DNA from: Callorhinchus milii
Lineage: Eukaryota
Direction of reading: 5' to 3'
Assembly: GCF_018977255.1 (NCBI RefSeq)
Contig: NW_024704742.1
Location: 133,798,001 to 133,862,000 of the forward strand
DNA: 64,000 nucleotides
Part shown: positions 13,926 to 27,724 of the stretch, one piece after another
Position numbering within the stretch: the stretch's first letter is position 1
Layout: every line of letters begins with the position of its first letter
Made by a program: the position numbers and the translations under genes
The notes under the pieces: generated by a model
The model's database searches: none
Told to the model about the DNA's origin: nothing
The model's input: only the letters and a program-made list of their open reading frames with translations

Positions 13926-14689
13926 ACCAGTTCAGCTGGCAGAGAACAGGAAATAACATTTAGAAGAGGTGTTTGGGAAGAAAAAAAAGCTCATTTTAAT
14001 AATAATCCTTGTATTTGATATAGCACCTTATTATTCTCCATCCCTGACTTAAACACTTATAAAACAAAAACCTCTGCTCCTCTTGTATTATGTTTGATGC
14101 CTGAACTGAAAGGAGCTGTAAAGTACAAATCTTTTTACATGTGTCTCACTGCATCAGTCAGCCAACCAGCAATGAGGCAGCTTCTGAATGTACAGCGCCT
14201 TGGGACGTCCTCCTGCCCTGAAAGGCGCTCTATAAATGGAATCTTCTTGTTGTTGTTGTTGTTGAATGTGGTGAACACTCCTTGAAGTGTGAATCCGATT
14301 TGATAACATACACAGGATTGAGCTGACAGCTGGCTTGATGTTTGTTGTGAACTTGTGTCTATCCTCCTGTACATGTATGTGTGTGTGAGAGGGGTGACGC
14401 ACTTGGCAAAGGAAGGTTAGAATGCAGGCAACACTCTGTGGTGGTCTCAGTAGTCTGGTTCCTGAGCCAGGTGAGTTTTTATTACTCCAATGATGACAAA
14501 CTAGTGTAGCTTGGCTGTTCAGTAGGATGTGAAGGTGCAGGGATCAGGGACTCAGCTCTTGTTATTAACCCCACAAGCCAAAGCCCTAACAAGTAGGGAA
14601 GTCCTGAATTCCAACTGTACCTCTGGGGTCCCCAAGCCTTGGCTTTACCAACCTGCACCTTATACTCCCTGGGATAAGATAAGCCAGAT

Positions 14690-15040
14690 GTATTTCTAGG
14701 CTGACACTCCAGTACAGTGTTGGGGGTGTGTTACATTGTTGGAGGAACCGACCTTCAGATGAGACGTTACATCAAAATCCTGTGTGCCTGTTCAGATGGG
14801 AGTTAAAGATGCCATGGGATTATTCTAAAAGAGAAGGGAGCTTCTCTCGGTGTCCTGAACAATCTCCTAAATAAAATTGGTCATTTATTTCCCGGCTCTT
14901 TGTGGGACATTGCTGCAGGCAAATTAGGTGCTGTGTTTGCCTACAAGATGCAGTCATTACATTTAACAGCATATCCTGTGAAGCACTTTGAGACGTACTT
15001 CCAATGTAAAGCTGCTGTACAAAATACAAGTTGTTGTATG
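14690..15040 (+). mobile_element. Old Deu-domain SINE
   Basis: CTTCAGATGAGACGTTA..GCCTGTTCAGATGG..GTTAAAGATGCCATGG Deu core and L2-like tail. Confidence 0.75.
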
Positions 15041-15871
15041 TCAAATGAAGAGATTTTCTTCTCCCCCCGGTGTCTTGGCCAACAATCCCCCAGAAAAAAT
15101 TAATCATTCAATTCATGGCTGATCTAATAGTGAGTTTAGGAGGGATTTCTTCACTTAGCGGGTGGTGAGAATGTGGAACTCACAGCCGTAAGCTCTGATT
15201 GAAGCAAAAAGCATCAACAAGTTTAAGATAGGGAACACTGGGGTATTATCATAACAATAAAGATAACATAATAATGATGATAATATTCTTTGTATTTGCT
15301 GTGGAGCCAGAGGGACAGCTCAAAGCACTTCGCAGGATAAACTGTAATGTGTATAAGTATTTGTCTATAAGTATTTGCATATTTATAGGTGAGGGGATTA
15401 TAAAGAATGGGGTATAAACTCATGTGGCGGAAAGACTAGTTCGGGCCAAATAGCCTGTTTTCGTGCTATGTCACTTTATGTAATTAATGTTTTTGATCAG
15501 CCGGGTGTCTGACACATGGGAAAATCCATCACCATGCTTGAGTGGTAAAACCAAACTGAGAGCTCTGTGTATCTATGTAATGTGAAGGTTCGCAATGCCC
15601 TCTGGTTCAGTGATGTGCATTTCAGATACAAAATAAAGAAAGTTTGACCAGAGGGAATGAAGTAACAGTATAGCGTCTTGCAAAGCATCAAACTCTGGCT
15701 TCCAGGTTATCATTATTTTCACATAGACAAATTTGGCTGGTGAAAAAGTTATTCCCTGCAGCTAAGTGGTATTGATATATACTCCAGACTTGGCAAGGAT
15801 GCTCACGGAATTTACTTTAGGAAAAGTTTTAGAGACTGCAGAACTGAGAGGTAGATTGTGCCTTGTTATAT

Positions 15872-16095
15872 AATAATAATAATAATAATAATAATCCTTG
15901 CATTTGATATAGCGCTTTTCACGTCGGGAGGACGTCCCAAAGCGCTTCACAGAACACACTGTAAAGTGAATTGACTGTATATTTGTGGGCGAACGCGGCA
16001 GCCAATTGCGCACAGCAATGTCCCACAAACAGTCGTAGATTGAAAATGACCAATTTAATTATTGTTTTGGGTTTTTTGGAGGGATTATTATTATT
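15872..16095 (-). mobile_element. Young SINE, 5'-truncated
   Basis: Near-identical to 42478-42801 over its 3' two thirds; (TTA)n tail. Confidence 0.9.
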
Positions 16096-18424
16096 GTTAT
16101 AGCATTTGATTCTCTGGAGTCGTCTCTCGGGTGTAGTGACTGCTTTTTGTGGGCAAACACAGCAGTCGATTTGCACACAGGAAAGTCCCTACAAATAATA
16201 ACAACAACAAGTTGCACTCACATAAGGCCCTTCAGGTTGGGTGGCGTCTCAGACAACAACAACAACAAAATTACATTTATAGAGCACCATTCACGCCCCA
16301 AAGCGCTGAACAGTCAGAACACTCAGAGCACTGATAGTGATCTTATATTTGGTACAGCATTATCTTGGAAATGGGCCATTCAGCCCAAATAGTCCCTGGC
16401 GGTGTTTATACCCCACATGAGTTTGTAGCCCACCCCTCCTCATCCCCATACCTATACATTCGAGACCTCTCAAAGCGCTTTGCAGGATTTACTGTAAAGT
16501 GCAGTGACTGTGAACCTTGTGAGTTAAAGTAGCAACTGATTTGCCTACAGCAACGGCCCACAAACAGCTGTGAAGTGAATGATTAATTTCATCTGGGGGA
16601 TTGTTGGTCAAGACACTGGGGATAAACTTCCTTCTCTTTTCAAATAGTGCCATGGGATCTTTAATGTCCACCTGAACAGGAACGCAGGGAATGTTTCACT
16701 GAGATCCTAATCTTACTGTGGGTTAGGGTGAATAACTGGCACTTTCTGCCAGCGTAAAGATGCTAATAATAATAACAATCCTTACATTTGATATAACGCC
16801 TTATCACGTGCTTGAGACATCTCAAAGCACTTCACAGAATATACTGTAAAGTAAATTGACTATGTACTTTTAGAGTATTATCTCTCGGTGAGAACAAGTG
16901 GAGAAATGTCTGGGATGATGTACACGCTTCGCTTAACACTGGGTTGCGAGTGACAAGACTCTGTCAGTCCGGTGTCAGAAAAACCCTCGTCTCCGTTATG
17001 CTTGAATTGTTCCTACATTAAAATTCATCTGAGGAATAAATAGGGCCACCTTCTAATATATAATTAAATGTCCGTGCACCTATTTCTCACTTTGTGACTG
17101 ATGTTCAAGATTTTAATCTGTCACTTTGAATAAGATACTAGCATCACTTGTGCAAACTAGGGCTCTGCAAATTTGATAGAGCATGTCTCGGGGGGACCTC
17201 ATACAGGTGGATAACATTTAATCTAGATTGGAAAAGTAAACCCAAAACAATGCTATCAAATGTACAGACAACTGGGTTCCTATTTACAGCAAGGTAAACA
17301 GAGGAGTGTAGAGTAAGGAAACTTGCCTAAGGTTTCACCCCGACTGGGAATCGAACCTTGGTCCTCTCGCTTATGAGGCAAGTGCTCTAATCATTACCTA
17401 CGGGACTCAAGGAGTAAACAGGTTTATAGATGCAAAAGGCACTTTCAGGACTGATACCAGGGAGTTTCCCTTTACCCAGAGGAGTGAAACAGGTTGCCAG
17501 GGGGAGGGATTGAGGCCAGGACACTGCAACTTATTTAAAAAGTAGCTTGATGCTGTGATGGGAGGATGGGAGAGTAAGTGTCCTGGAAGGATGAGATCTT
17601 ATGGGCCAAAGAAGCTTTGTCATCCGAACTAATCTTGTGATCTTTCGCACTGTTTGAAAAGAGAAAAGAGTTTCTCCCGGTGTCCCAGCCAACAATCCAA
17701 CAGATAAAATTGGTCCTCAATCCATGGCTGTTTTTTTGGGACATAGCTGTGTCCAATTTGGTGTGCATTTGCCTACAAAAGATTTAGTTAATACACTTTA
17801 CATTGAAAAATAATAATAATACTTGCATTTGATATAGCGCCTTATCACGTCATTGAGATGTCTCAAAGCTCTTCACAAAGCATACTGTAAAGTGAATTGA
17901 CTGTATATTCCTGTTAGGTGCTTTGAGATGTCTTCTTCATTTTAAGGCGCTGTATTAAATGGAAGGATAAATATTATTGTTATGCAAAGCTACATTTTTG
18001 ACCCCTACAGTTGCACGAAAACAATCAATGTTTTACGATTACCAGACATCAAGTTGCGGTCTGTTTATATGATGTGATGATCAAACCAAATTTGTTCTCA
18101 TCAGAAGATAAAGGGAAAAGAACCTCAGAACCTCGGGCCTCAGAACGTATTAAATGTTTCTCTCTTAATGCGCACTGAAGGTTTGCCACCCAGATTTGCC
18201 ATTATTTGCTGAGCTCCTGTTTGATCTTAAGGACACATTAAAACAACTTCACAAAAATGTGCCCCACCTCCCAATTGCAGAAACTCGATCTGTGTCAAAC
18301 TAACACAAGATGAAAATTTGGCTCAAAGTTTGGGCTGTTGTAGATAATTGAAAGGAGATAAAAGGGGAATGGTTCTCTGATTTAAGCAGTGGGAGGTTCT
18401 TGTTTGCTCACCCTGGGAGATTTA

Positions 18425-18790
18425 GGAATCCTGTACTGTATTGGTTAGAGCACTCATCTCGCAAGTGAGAGGACCAATGTTTGATTCCTGGGCATGTCGA
18501 AACGTTAGGCAAGTTTCCTTACTCCACACGCTTCTGTTTACCTAGCAGTAATAGAAACCTGGCTAGTCGATTGGTAGATCGCTTTTCCAGGGGTAATAAC
18601 CTCTTTAAAAAAATTAATAGAAATATTGTTTGAAAAATTGGTCACTCGTTACTGCTGTGCATAATTGGCTGCCGGTTTTCGCCCACAAAGTATACAGGTA
18701 ATTTGCTTAACAGTATATTCTGTGAAGCTCTTTCAGGCGTCTCGAAGATGTGATAAGGCGCTGTTTCAAATGCAAGGATTATTATCATTA
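18425..18790 (+). mobile_element. tRNA-derived SINE, long form
   Basis: Head GGAATCCTGTA..TTGGTTAGAGCACTC, CORE-like GGCAAGTTTCCTTACTCCACACGCTTCTGTTTACCTAGCAGT, L2-like tail. Confidence 0.8.
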
Positions 18791-21509
18791 TTTGGATTCA
18801 TATTTCATGACGTGCAGCAGAATGTTGCAAACAGCCTAATTTCCTGAACGTCTTGAACCTGACTTCACAGACCCTGTGCAAGTTTAGAAGAACCATGGCT
18901 ACCTATGTGTGAGCTCCCCATGCTTCATGTTCCCTTGCAGCATGAAATAAAATTGTTCACTCACTCCATGGCTGTTTGAGGAACACTGTTGTGCAAAACT
19001 TGCTGCTGCGTTTCATCGACAAAATCTCTATAGCATATCCTGTGGATATTCGAGACATCTCAACGATGTGATAAGGCGCTCTATCAAATACATGGATTAT
19101 TATTATTGTTAAGGCTTGGGTGACCCCCAGAGTTACATTCAAGTGGTGCTGGAGTTCAATCAGCTCATATCCCATAGCTTGCCATTGAAAGCACTGTTGG
19201 AGAAGCTTCTCTGTGCTTGTCCAGCTAGGACCATCCCTACCGTTTAGGACCAGATAAAGAGAATGAAGATGTATCCAACATTTCACAGCATGCTCCAGCA
19301 GGCTTTTATAATGCACCCATTCAGTGTTCTTCATACAAAAACTAAAGGTGCAAGCTGCAGAACTAGGTTTCCTTTGAAACATTGACTGTGCGGACTTTAT
19401 GCTCTGCCTGCTTGTCACGTTACTAGTCCTTTAAAGAAAACCTGCTGTTTATGATTATTTAAGATAAACGGGGTGTATTATAAAAAGGTTATTGACTGGT
19501 TTACCCTTTCTAACGTGACGTTTTTTCTTAGAAGCAAGTCAACACCTATTCCTTTACATAAAAAAACACTTTCAGTGAATGCTTTTTTTTAATTAAAAAT
19601 AGTTTTATGTGGTTATATGCTTTAATAATGTCTATTACTTTAGTTGTATAATTGATATCACTGGAAAGATCAACGCAGTCTCTCAGTACTTCAAGATGAT
19701 TGGCAGTCCCAAATCAACTAAGTAGGTACCCGGTTGTTAGTCGATTGATGGATCACTTTTCCGGGGGTAATAATTTCTTCAAAAAAAATAATTTGGTCAC
19801 TCAATCCATGACTGTTTGTGGGACGCTGCTGTGCGCAATTGGATACCGCATTTCGCCCACTAAATATACATTCAATTCACTTTACAATATATTCTGTGAA
19901 GTACTTTGAGACATCTCAAAGATATGGTAAGGTGCTATATCAAAATATAAGGATTATTATTATTATTATTACCTGCTAGTGAGCCAGACTGTACAGGGCT
20001 GTATCAGCACTGCCCTGAAGTACTACATACCACCAGCTCAGGAACTGGACAACCGCGACCATCACAGAGATGAATTCTGAAATTCGATTACCAGACATGT
20101 CACCAATCATTCAAGGAGAACCCACTTACTCGCCCTCCAGTCATTAGTTGGTCATTCGACATCCAACAAGCACTTGTCAAATAGTATCACAAGATCTTTA
20201 AAGTCCTGGCACAGACAGGACCTCGGTATAACATCTCATCCGAAGGACAGCACCTCCAACAATACATGGTTTCCATACCTCCCAACTCCCACACACAGAA
20301 ACATACAGCGCTGCATTGGATGCATTGGGGCGTCACCCTAGGTTGTGAGACGTGGGGCTTGAACGCATAAAGCCGCTGACATAAAAGCAAGAAAACTGAG
20401 CCAGGCTGACATTCAATAAGACTGTCTGAGCTTGATGATCCATTACTATTTTATGAACAGATGCCTTGCTTTCAGTGACAAGTCCCTTGTGTAAAAGCTT
20501 CATCTGAGAGATGTCATTCAGTTCCACATGTCTTTACTCTCTGTTCCATCCTTCAGTATTTGAAAGGCTTTTATTCTAACATGGTATTTTGAACCACAGG
20601 TGCTGTACTCTGTTCTGAAAGAGCTTATTAAATTTACTTGCAAAGGATATGAAATCAAATGAAGAGCACCTTTCACGTATACATACATATATGTTCATAT
20701 TTTGCAGCTTTAAAAGATGTACGCTAAAGGTAGTTAAATTTAATAGCAACAAAAAGCAGCTTAGTCATTCCAGGTTCATGCTCCCACGCTACAGAAAATG
20801 TGCGGGATGGTGAGTGATCATTATGGCTACCAGGTAGTTGAAGGGCCTATGGACCCAAAGGTGAATGGTACACATGGTGGCTCTAATTATTGACCAGGTA
20901 GTGTGCTCAGCTAACCTTGTCAACAACAACAACAACAAGATTGGGAGGACATGCCAAGGCGCTGGACAGAGTACAGCACTTCAGACCCGAGCTGGGGTCA
21001 TGGGGGGGGAGAAGGAAGAGGAGGGGAAGGGGGGCCGATGGCATGGTTGAAGAGGAGGATCTTGAGGTGGGACTTGAAGGACAGAGCGAGGCGGAGTGAC
21101 TTGTCTGGGCCAAGATACACTTCAAACCATTCGTCATGAACCCCCGGAAGTAGCCTCCAGGGCCTTCGAGAAGCTCCCTTCAACTCCCACCCTGAACATT
21201 CGCAAGAGTCTAGGTAAGTCCATGTTCGATCAGTAGTGTTTTCAGTTTTTTGCATGATTGAATACTTCTTTATTTATGGCATAAGTGGCAGAAATCAAGA
21301 AATATGCAATCAAAAAAATATATTTTGTTGGTCAATGGATAAAGGTTGTCCTCCACTGCTTTAGAGGATACGAGCCCTGGCTTATGTGATCAGTGCGCAT
21401 TTCTCAGAAGCTGCATGGTAAGGCCATGAGTGGGCTTGCACAATGTTTTTCTGGCTGTCAGTTGCTCCTTATGACTATGCTCCTGGGTGAGGGGAGGGGA
21501 GGAAGGGAG

Positions 21510-22060
21510 ATAAGCGGCGTCTCCTTGGAGCTGAGCTGGAATGCTGGAAGGTGGCATGTTTGGCAGTGGAATGTCAGAATCGAGACCACCTTCTTTGACG
21601 GGTCTGCAATACTCCAGGGTACAGTTGGTGACAGCATATCCAATCTGACTCATCAGCAGGACCTAGAAAGGCAGACCAGTCGCTGGGGGCAGGGAATCAC
21701 ACCACTCAGCAAATGCAAGCCAAAGTATTAATGGGTAGGGTGGGTCTAGCTGGATAAGCGATGGAGAAGCTTGCCAAACAGTGCTCTCAATGGCAAGCAA
21801 ATGGTTTTAACTGGTTAGACTCCAGCAGTTACCCCAAACACACACTCTGGGGTCCCCAAGCCTTGGCACTTGCCAAACTGCACCTAATACTTTTCGGAAT
21901 TAAGTAAGCAGGATACGTCCCTCCAGGGAGAGAGAGAGAGCGCATTCCTCTCCAGCAATCTATCTCTGGAATTCCCATGTGTAGGTGAAATTCTCTGTTT
22001 GGTTTGGATACTCTAAAGCCTGGTGATGGATCTCCATGTGTCAAACACCCAGCTGACCAA
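21510..22060 (+). repeat. Longest copy of an unclassified non-coding dispersed repeat family (orientation arbitrary)
   Basis: Blocks recur at 3700, 11400, 14400 and 62555 (+) and at 15495, 19110, 23185, 32820 and 51330 (-). Confidence 0.8.
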
Positions 22061-22289
22061 AAAGAAACTTAGTCATAAAGAGGAATGCTGTGCGAGACCC
22101 CGAGCACCAGACTGATGCATAATTTTATTCAGCTTCACCAGCAAAGTCTGTGTGTCTAGCCTATTCACACCAGCGACTGTTCCCTCTCCCACTGGCATAC
22201 AGGTGGACTACACTCCCACACCCCCATTATAATCCAATTGTTGGTGCGGGAAAGGAACGGGTCCATAAATTACATTTCCATGTTATAAA

Positions 22290-22650
22290 TGATAATAATC
22301 CTTGCATTTGGGTAACAACTTTCATGTTGTGAGGTCTTCTTAAAGCACATCACACAATTAACTGTGAAGTGGAGGAACCGTATATTTTATAGATGAACAC
22401 TGCAGCCAACTTGCACACAGCTATTTCTCGCAAGTAACCATGAAGCAAATGATCGATTTTATCCAGGAGAAGTTGTTGCCCAGGACACTGGGAGAAACTC
22501 CCTACTCATTTTAAACAGTGCCGAGGGATCTTTCAAGTCCGCCAGAACAGAGAGACAGGTCCTCAGTTGAACATCTCATTCAAAGGATGGCACCTCCAAC
22601 AATGCAGCACTCCCCAGACACTGTACTGGAGTGCCAGCCTGGACTGTGAG
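22290..22650 (-). mobile_element. Old Deu-domain SINE
   Basis: Minus strand: TTGTTGGAGGTGCCATCC..GAATGAGATGTTCAACTGAGG..CTTGAAAGATCCC..GCACTGTTT; (TTA) tail. Confidence 0.75.
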
Positions 22651-23184
22651 ACTACCAGCCTTGATAGTGTGGAGAAGAGCAAATTTACAGTGGAAGTATC
22701 TTTGTCACCTTGTTTCCAGCCAACTGAATACATTGAAACATCAGTTTGTGCCCAGGGCCATGTTTGTCTAATCTAATCTTTCCGCAGAGAGAAACGGATA
22801 ACCAATTTACAGTTACATTCAATACGTATATATGTATATATACAGAGAGAGAGAAACATACATTACTGGAAAGTCAGCATAAAGAGTTAGATTGAGGTGA
22901 TAGGAAATTGACTGTGGGGAAACCATGTAGCTCTGTTAACCAATGTGCTTAAAAGTACTTTGAATAATTCAAATTTTAAGGGATGAAAATCAGCAGGAAG
23001 GAGTAATACCCTTGGGTCTAGACTTAGCATTTTCAGACTTACAGAACTTGGCAGGTTCTGAAATGCATTCAGAATTTGCCATATTTAGCTTGTCCATGTT
23101 GGCTGCGTGCTTACCTCTGAGTCAGAAGATTAGGGGGCCATTCAGAAACATTGTACATGTTACTCAAAGAATTTGGGGTTTTGC

Positions 23185-23600
23185 TCAGTTGTGTGCCTGC
23201 CGCCTGTCCAACTAGGACCACCCTACCCATTAGGGCTTTGGCTTGCAGTGTTAACAGGAGCTGAGTTGGAGGTTTTCCCTGACACCAGTTACTGGTCTGC
23301 CCTTCCAGGTCCTGCCAATGAACCAGGCTGGGCTTTGCTGTCATCAGCAGTGCCTTGGTGTATTGTGGACCCACCTGGCTCAGGAACCAGATTACCAAGA
23401 CAGCCACAGAGAGCTGGTTCAATTCCAACATTGTGCTGCCCAACATAGCACCTTGTTCAGCTCCAATGAGACCCCGCTTACCTTTCTAGCAAGGAGGATA
23501 GTCTTCTTAAGAGTTTCCAAATCAAACCATTGAGAGTCCCACACATATGTGGACATTTCCCTGTCCAGAAAGGAGTATTCACTCTCTCCCAGGGTGGGAA
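23185..23600 (-). repeat. Unclassified dispersed repeat copy
   Basis: Reverse complement of the blocks in 21510-22060 and 3700-3910. Confidence 0.75.
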
Positions 23601-24149
23601 ACACAGCACTCAACAACAATTTCAACAGCAATTTGCATTTATATAGCGCCACTCATATTGGGTAGAGTTCCAGAGCACTCTCCCAATCCCAGAGAATATT
23701 AGATCATGGGGGTCTTCGAGTGTGGTTTAGGCTATTGCTGAAGTTTAGGACAAGATGGCGAGGCAGAGGGATTCAGGCAGGGAGTTCTGGAGGTTAGGGG
23801 CTCCCAGTGACTGAAGGCATGGCCGCTAAAGATGGTGTAGAGGGGTCAGGGCACGTACAACAATGCTTTGGAGTACTGCAGACTTGACCAGCTCAGGAAC
23901 AAGTTCAGAAACTGCTGCAAAAACTGCTTCCTTTTTTTCGTATGCTTAATTTCCCGTCCCATTTGGTTGCTAATTATTTTCTGGATTTGCACAGTCATTA
24001 AATTGCTGTTTAATTCATGCAGCTGTCAGTTTTGTTTTGTTTGTTTATTCAAATGAATCAGCAAGTTTCACTGAAACAAGCAAGACAACTGTCACACTTT
24101 CAATTACATTAGTTGCACACTTTGGAGCTCCTGAATCAAAACCGTTAGC

Positions 24150-25610
24150 TCAGAACAACAGCAAAATTACATTTGTAAAGCGCCTTTCGCGTCAGGAGGC
24201 CGTCCCAAGGCGCTCGACAGACAGTGTTACGGACCCGAGCTGAGGGTCGGGTGAGGGAGAGTGGACGGCAGGAGGGAAAGCAGGGAGATCGAAAGCACGG
24301 TTGAAGAGGCGGGTCTTGAGGTGGGTTTTGAAGGTGCCGAGGGAGGGGGCGAGATGGAGGGACTGCGGGATGGAGTTCCAGAGGATAGGTGCAGAGTGGC
24401 AGAAGTCCTGCCCGCTGATAGTGGAGCGAGCAGGGCGGGGGACGTGAAGCAGGCCGGAGTCCGCCAAGCGGAGGGAGCGAGCAGGGTGGTCTGAGAGGGA
24501 GTGGAGAGCAAGACCTTGGAGGGCTTTGAAGGTGAGGACCAGGATCTTGAACTGTATCTTCTGTGTGATGGGAAGCCAGTGGAGTTGGGTGAGGATGGGG
24601 ATGATAAGATTGTGGAGCCTGGTGTGGGAGAGGACACGGGCTGCAGTGTTCTGGATGATCTGCAGCCTGTGGAGGGAGGAGTTGGGGAGGCCGACAAGCA
24701 ATGAGTTTGTATAGTCGAGCCTCAATGTAATGAAGGCATGTATGAGGGTTTGGAGGCCTGTGGCGTGAGACAGTGTCGGAGCCAGGCAACGTTGTGGAGG
24801 TGGGGGAAGGCAGAGCGGGTCATGGCACAGATGTGGAGTAGAAAAGATAGTTGAGGGTCAAACAAGACCCCAAGGTTCCGGACTGACTTAGCGAGGTGGA
24901 GTCTGCAACCATGTATGGTGATGCTGTAAGCGCCTGAGGTGAGGATGTGCTGACGGGAGCCAATTAGGAGAGCCTCGGTCTTGTTAACGTTCAACTTAAG
25001 AAAGTTAGCTCTCATCCAGGACTTAATGGCCGACAGACTTTTTGTCAGCACAGCAGTGATCCAGCAGTCAAGGGTGGAGGCAGAGAGGTAAAGAGGGCGA
25101 AACCTTGGGAAAGTTTCCTTACTCCACACAGAGCCTAATAATAATCCCTCCAAAAAAAAACAATAATAAATTGGTCATTTTCAATCCACGACTGTTTGTG
25201 GGACATTGCTGTGCGCAATTGGCTGCCGCGTTTGCCCACAAATATACAGTCAATTTACTTTACAGTATATTCTGTGAAGCGCTTTGGGACATCTAGAAGA
25301 TGTGAAAAGCGCTATATCAGATGCAAGGATTATTATTATTAAAGTTGGGCGTCATCCGCATACATTTGGAAGTTGACCCCATGTCTGCAGATAATGTCAC
25401 TAAGAGGGAACATATAGATGTTGAAGAGGAGGGGACCAAGGGCAGAGACCTGAGGAACACCACACAAAATGGTCCAGGGGCTACAGGAGAAGACGTTTGA
25501 GGAGATGAAGTGCAGCCTGTGGGAGACTTACGATCTGAGCCAATCAAGGATAGCGCCGTGGAGGTTGAGGTGAGAGGAGTGGCGGTGGATGTGGATAGAG
25601 TGGGCGACTG
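24150..25610 (-). mobile_element. L2 fragment interrupted by a SINE
   Basis: RLDYTNSLLVGLP..LHWLPITQKIQFKIL in ORF 24192-24725; the YADD region resumes at 25341 after the SINE. Confidence 0.9.
25094..25340 (+). mobile_element. Young SINE lacking its head, inserted in L2
   Basis: Matches the SINE consensus from AGGGCGAAACC to (TTA)n; flanked by TAAAG on both sides (candidate TSD). Confidence 0.9.
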
Positions 25611-26564
25611 TATATCGGATTATCAATCCAGTTTGTAGGAACTGATATGAACAATTGGCTGCCACGTTTCATCCATAAAATACACAGTCACCACACTACA
25701 CACTTCCTGTGAAACACATTGAGATGTTCTCCTGATGTGAATGGTAATATGTCAAATGCAATCATTGTTTATGAGAACGCAGCATTGAAACTGAAGATGC
25801 AATGCATTTGATATATTGCAGTTTATAAATGATTAAAGTTAATAATAATCCTTACATTTGTAACGTCACCTTTCAAGTGGGGAGCGCGTCCAAAAGCACT
25901 TAACATCACAGGATTTACTGTCAAGTGGAGCAACAATATATTATGTGGGCGAACAAGAACCGAGGTCACAAATCAATGCAGAAATCTTGGCAGAATAAAC
26001 TGGACCTGCTATTTGACAGATTTAATTCAAAAACAGTGGAATATTGCAAAATATACAGTGAGCTTTAGCAAACACACTGATGCAAGGCGAGCTGTCAGCA
26101 CATTCTCATGTTGATGGGAGCACTCGCTGGGGATTTAGGCTGAAAGACAGTAATGGCAGAGGACTGATGCTGTTAACCTTTTCCCCAGAGAAGCCTTTCA
26201 ATTCAGTGAATCCTGTGGACAGCCTGGCTTAGCCGGTAACACTCTCACCTATGGATCTCGACATCCTTATTATCAAGCCAGCGCTTACGATCAAATGAGT
26301 TAGGTCTCTTAAGTCTTGAGAGAAGACGTCTCCCAGGGGACCCCGTAGAGATGTATAACAATGCACACTAGGTAGATTGCAAGATCACAAGAGAGGTTCA
26401 AATTTTGAGACCATTTACCCTGTTTGATCTCATCCCTTCCGGAATAATTCACTCGAATCTTACATCCAAGAGAAACAAATGCGATATCCTGATGCACAGA
26501 AACCTCACATCTTAATGAATTGTGGGGTAGCTGGAGTTTGCCTTTTATCAAAATATGAAAGAAA

Positions 26565-27035
26565 ACATAGAATCATAGAATATTACAGCACAGAAGGGGG
26601 CCATTCGGCCCATCGTGCCTACACCAGCTCTTTGTAAGAGCTATCCAGTCAGTCCCACGCTTTTCCTTTTCACGTACCCATCCAATTCCCTTTTGACAGT
26701 TATTATTGAATCTGTTTCTACCACCCAGACAGTAACAACACTGCAAAAAAAAATCTCCCCTCTGGTTCATTTGTCAATTATATTAAAAATTATCATAAAT
26801 CTATGTGTCCTGGTTATTGACTCACCCGCCAGTGGAGACAGTTTCTCCTTATATACTCTATCGAAACCCCTCATAATGTTGAATGCCTCTATTAAATCTG
26901 CCCTTCAGCTTCTCTGCTCCAATGAGAACAATCCCAGATTCTCTAGTCTCTCTACATAACTGAAGCCTCTCATCTATGGTACCATTCTGATAAATCTCCT
27001 CAGCCCTCTCTCCAAGGCCTTGATATCCTTCCTAA
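26565..27035 (-). mobile_element. CR1 LINE 3' fragment
   Basis: Homologous to 49020-49540; TTCTATGA-type tail on minus. Confidence 0.8.
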
Positions 27036-27074
27036 AGTGTGTGTGTGGGGGGTGGTGGGTGGGAGGGGGGTGTA

Positions 27075-27470
27075 AGAGAGGCTTGAGTAACCACTCGGTG
27101 GAATCACATAGTCTAAGCTGACTGTCCAATGTAGCTCTGGGGGGTGTTGCATTGTTGGAGTTGCCGTCCTTCAGATGAAACGTTAAACTAAGGTCCAGTG
27201 TCTGCCTGTCAGGTGTATGTTAAAGATCCTATGGCGCTATACAAAGAGAAGTGATTTGCACTCTTTCAATGTCTCAGCTAACAGTCCCTCAAATAAAGTT
27301 GGACATTCACTCCATGGCTGTTTGTGGGATGTTGTTGTACGCAATCTGGCTGCTGCATATGACCACAAAATACAGTCACTCCACTTTACAATATATTCTG
27401 TGAAGCACTTTGAGATGTCTCGAAGACTGATAAGGCGCCATATCAATTTGCAAGGGTTATTATTATTACT
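27075..27470 (+). mobile_element. Old Deu-domain SINE
   Basis: TTGTTGGAGTTGCCGTCCTTCAGATGAAACGTTAAAC..GTTAAAGATCCTATGGCGCTAT; (TTA) tail. Confidence 0.75.
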
Positions 27471-27724
27471 GTTAACATCCTTTGGGGTTTGGTAAGGTGG
27501 GAGCGTCCCTGAGGGGAGAAAGAAAGCCTCAAAGGGGATTGAGATTCCATTGTGATCACCAGTAGATGCAGTGAAATAGTAACAGACTCTGCATTGCGGA
27601 GAGTGTTAACAGCTGTGCCAGGCTGGCACTATTCCCTGCTTCCCTATTTCCTCAATGGAATCATTTCCTCTCGCTGTGTTCTGCTCTGTTGAAGCGCATA
27701 CCTTAATTTCGGAATTTGACCCGC

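Larger units (their letters stand above)
12535..13945 (-). mobile_element. Endogenous retrovirus fragment (class I, gamma/epsilon-like): integrase C-terminus followed by decayed env SU
   Basis: ORF 13485-13925 has LSPHEVVMGRP and [33 protein letters not shown]; an env-like signal peptide starts at 13466. Confidence 0.85.
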
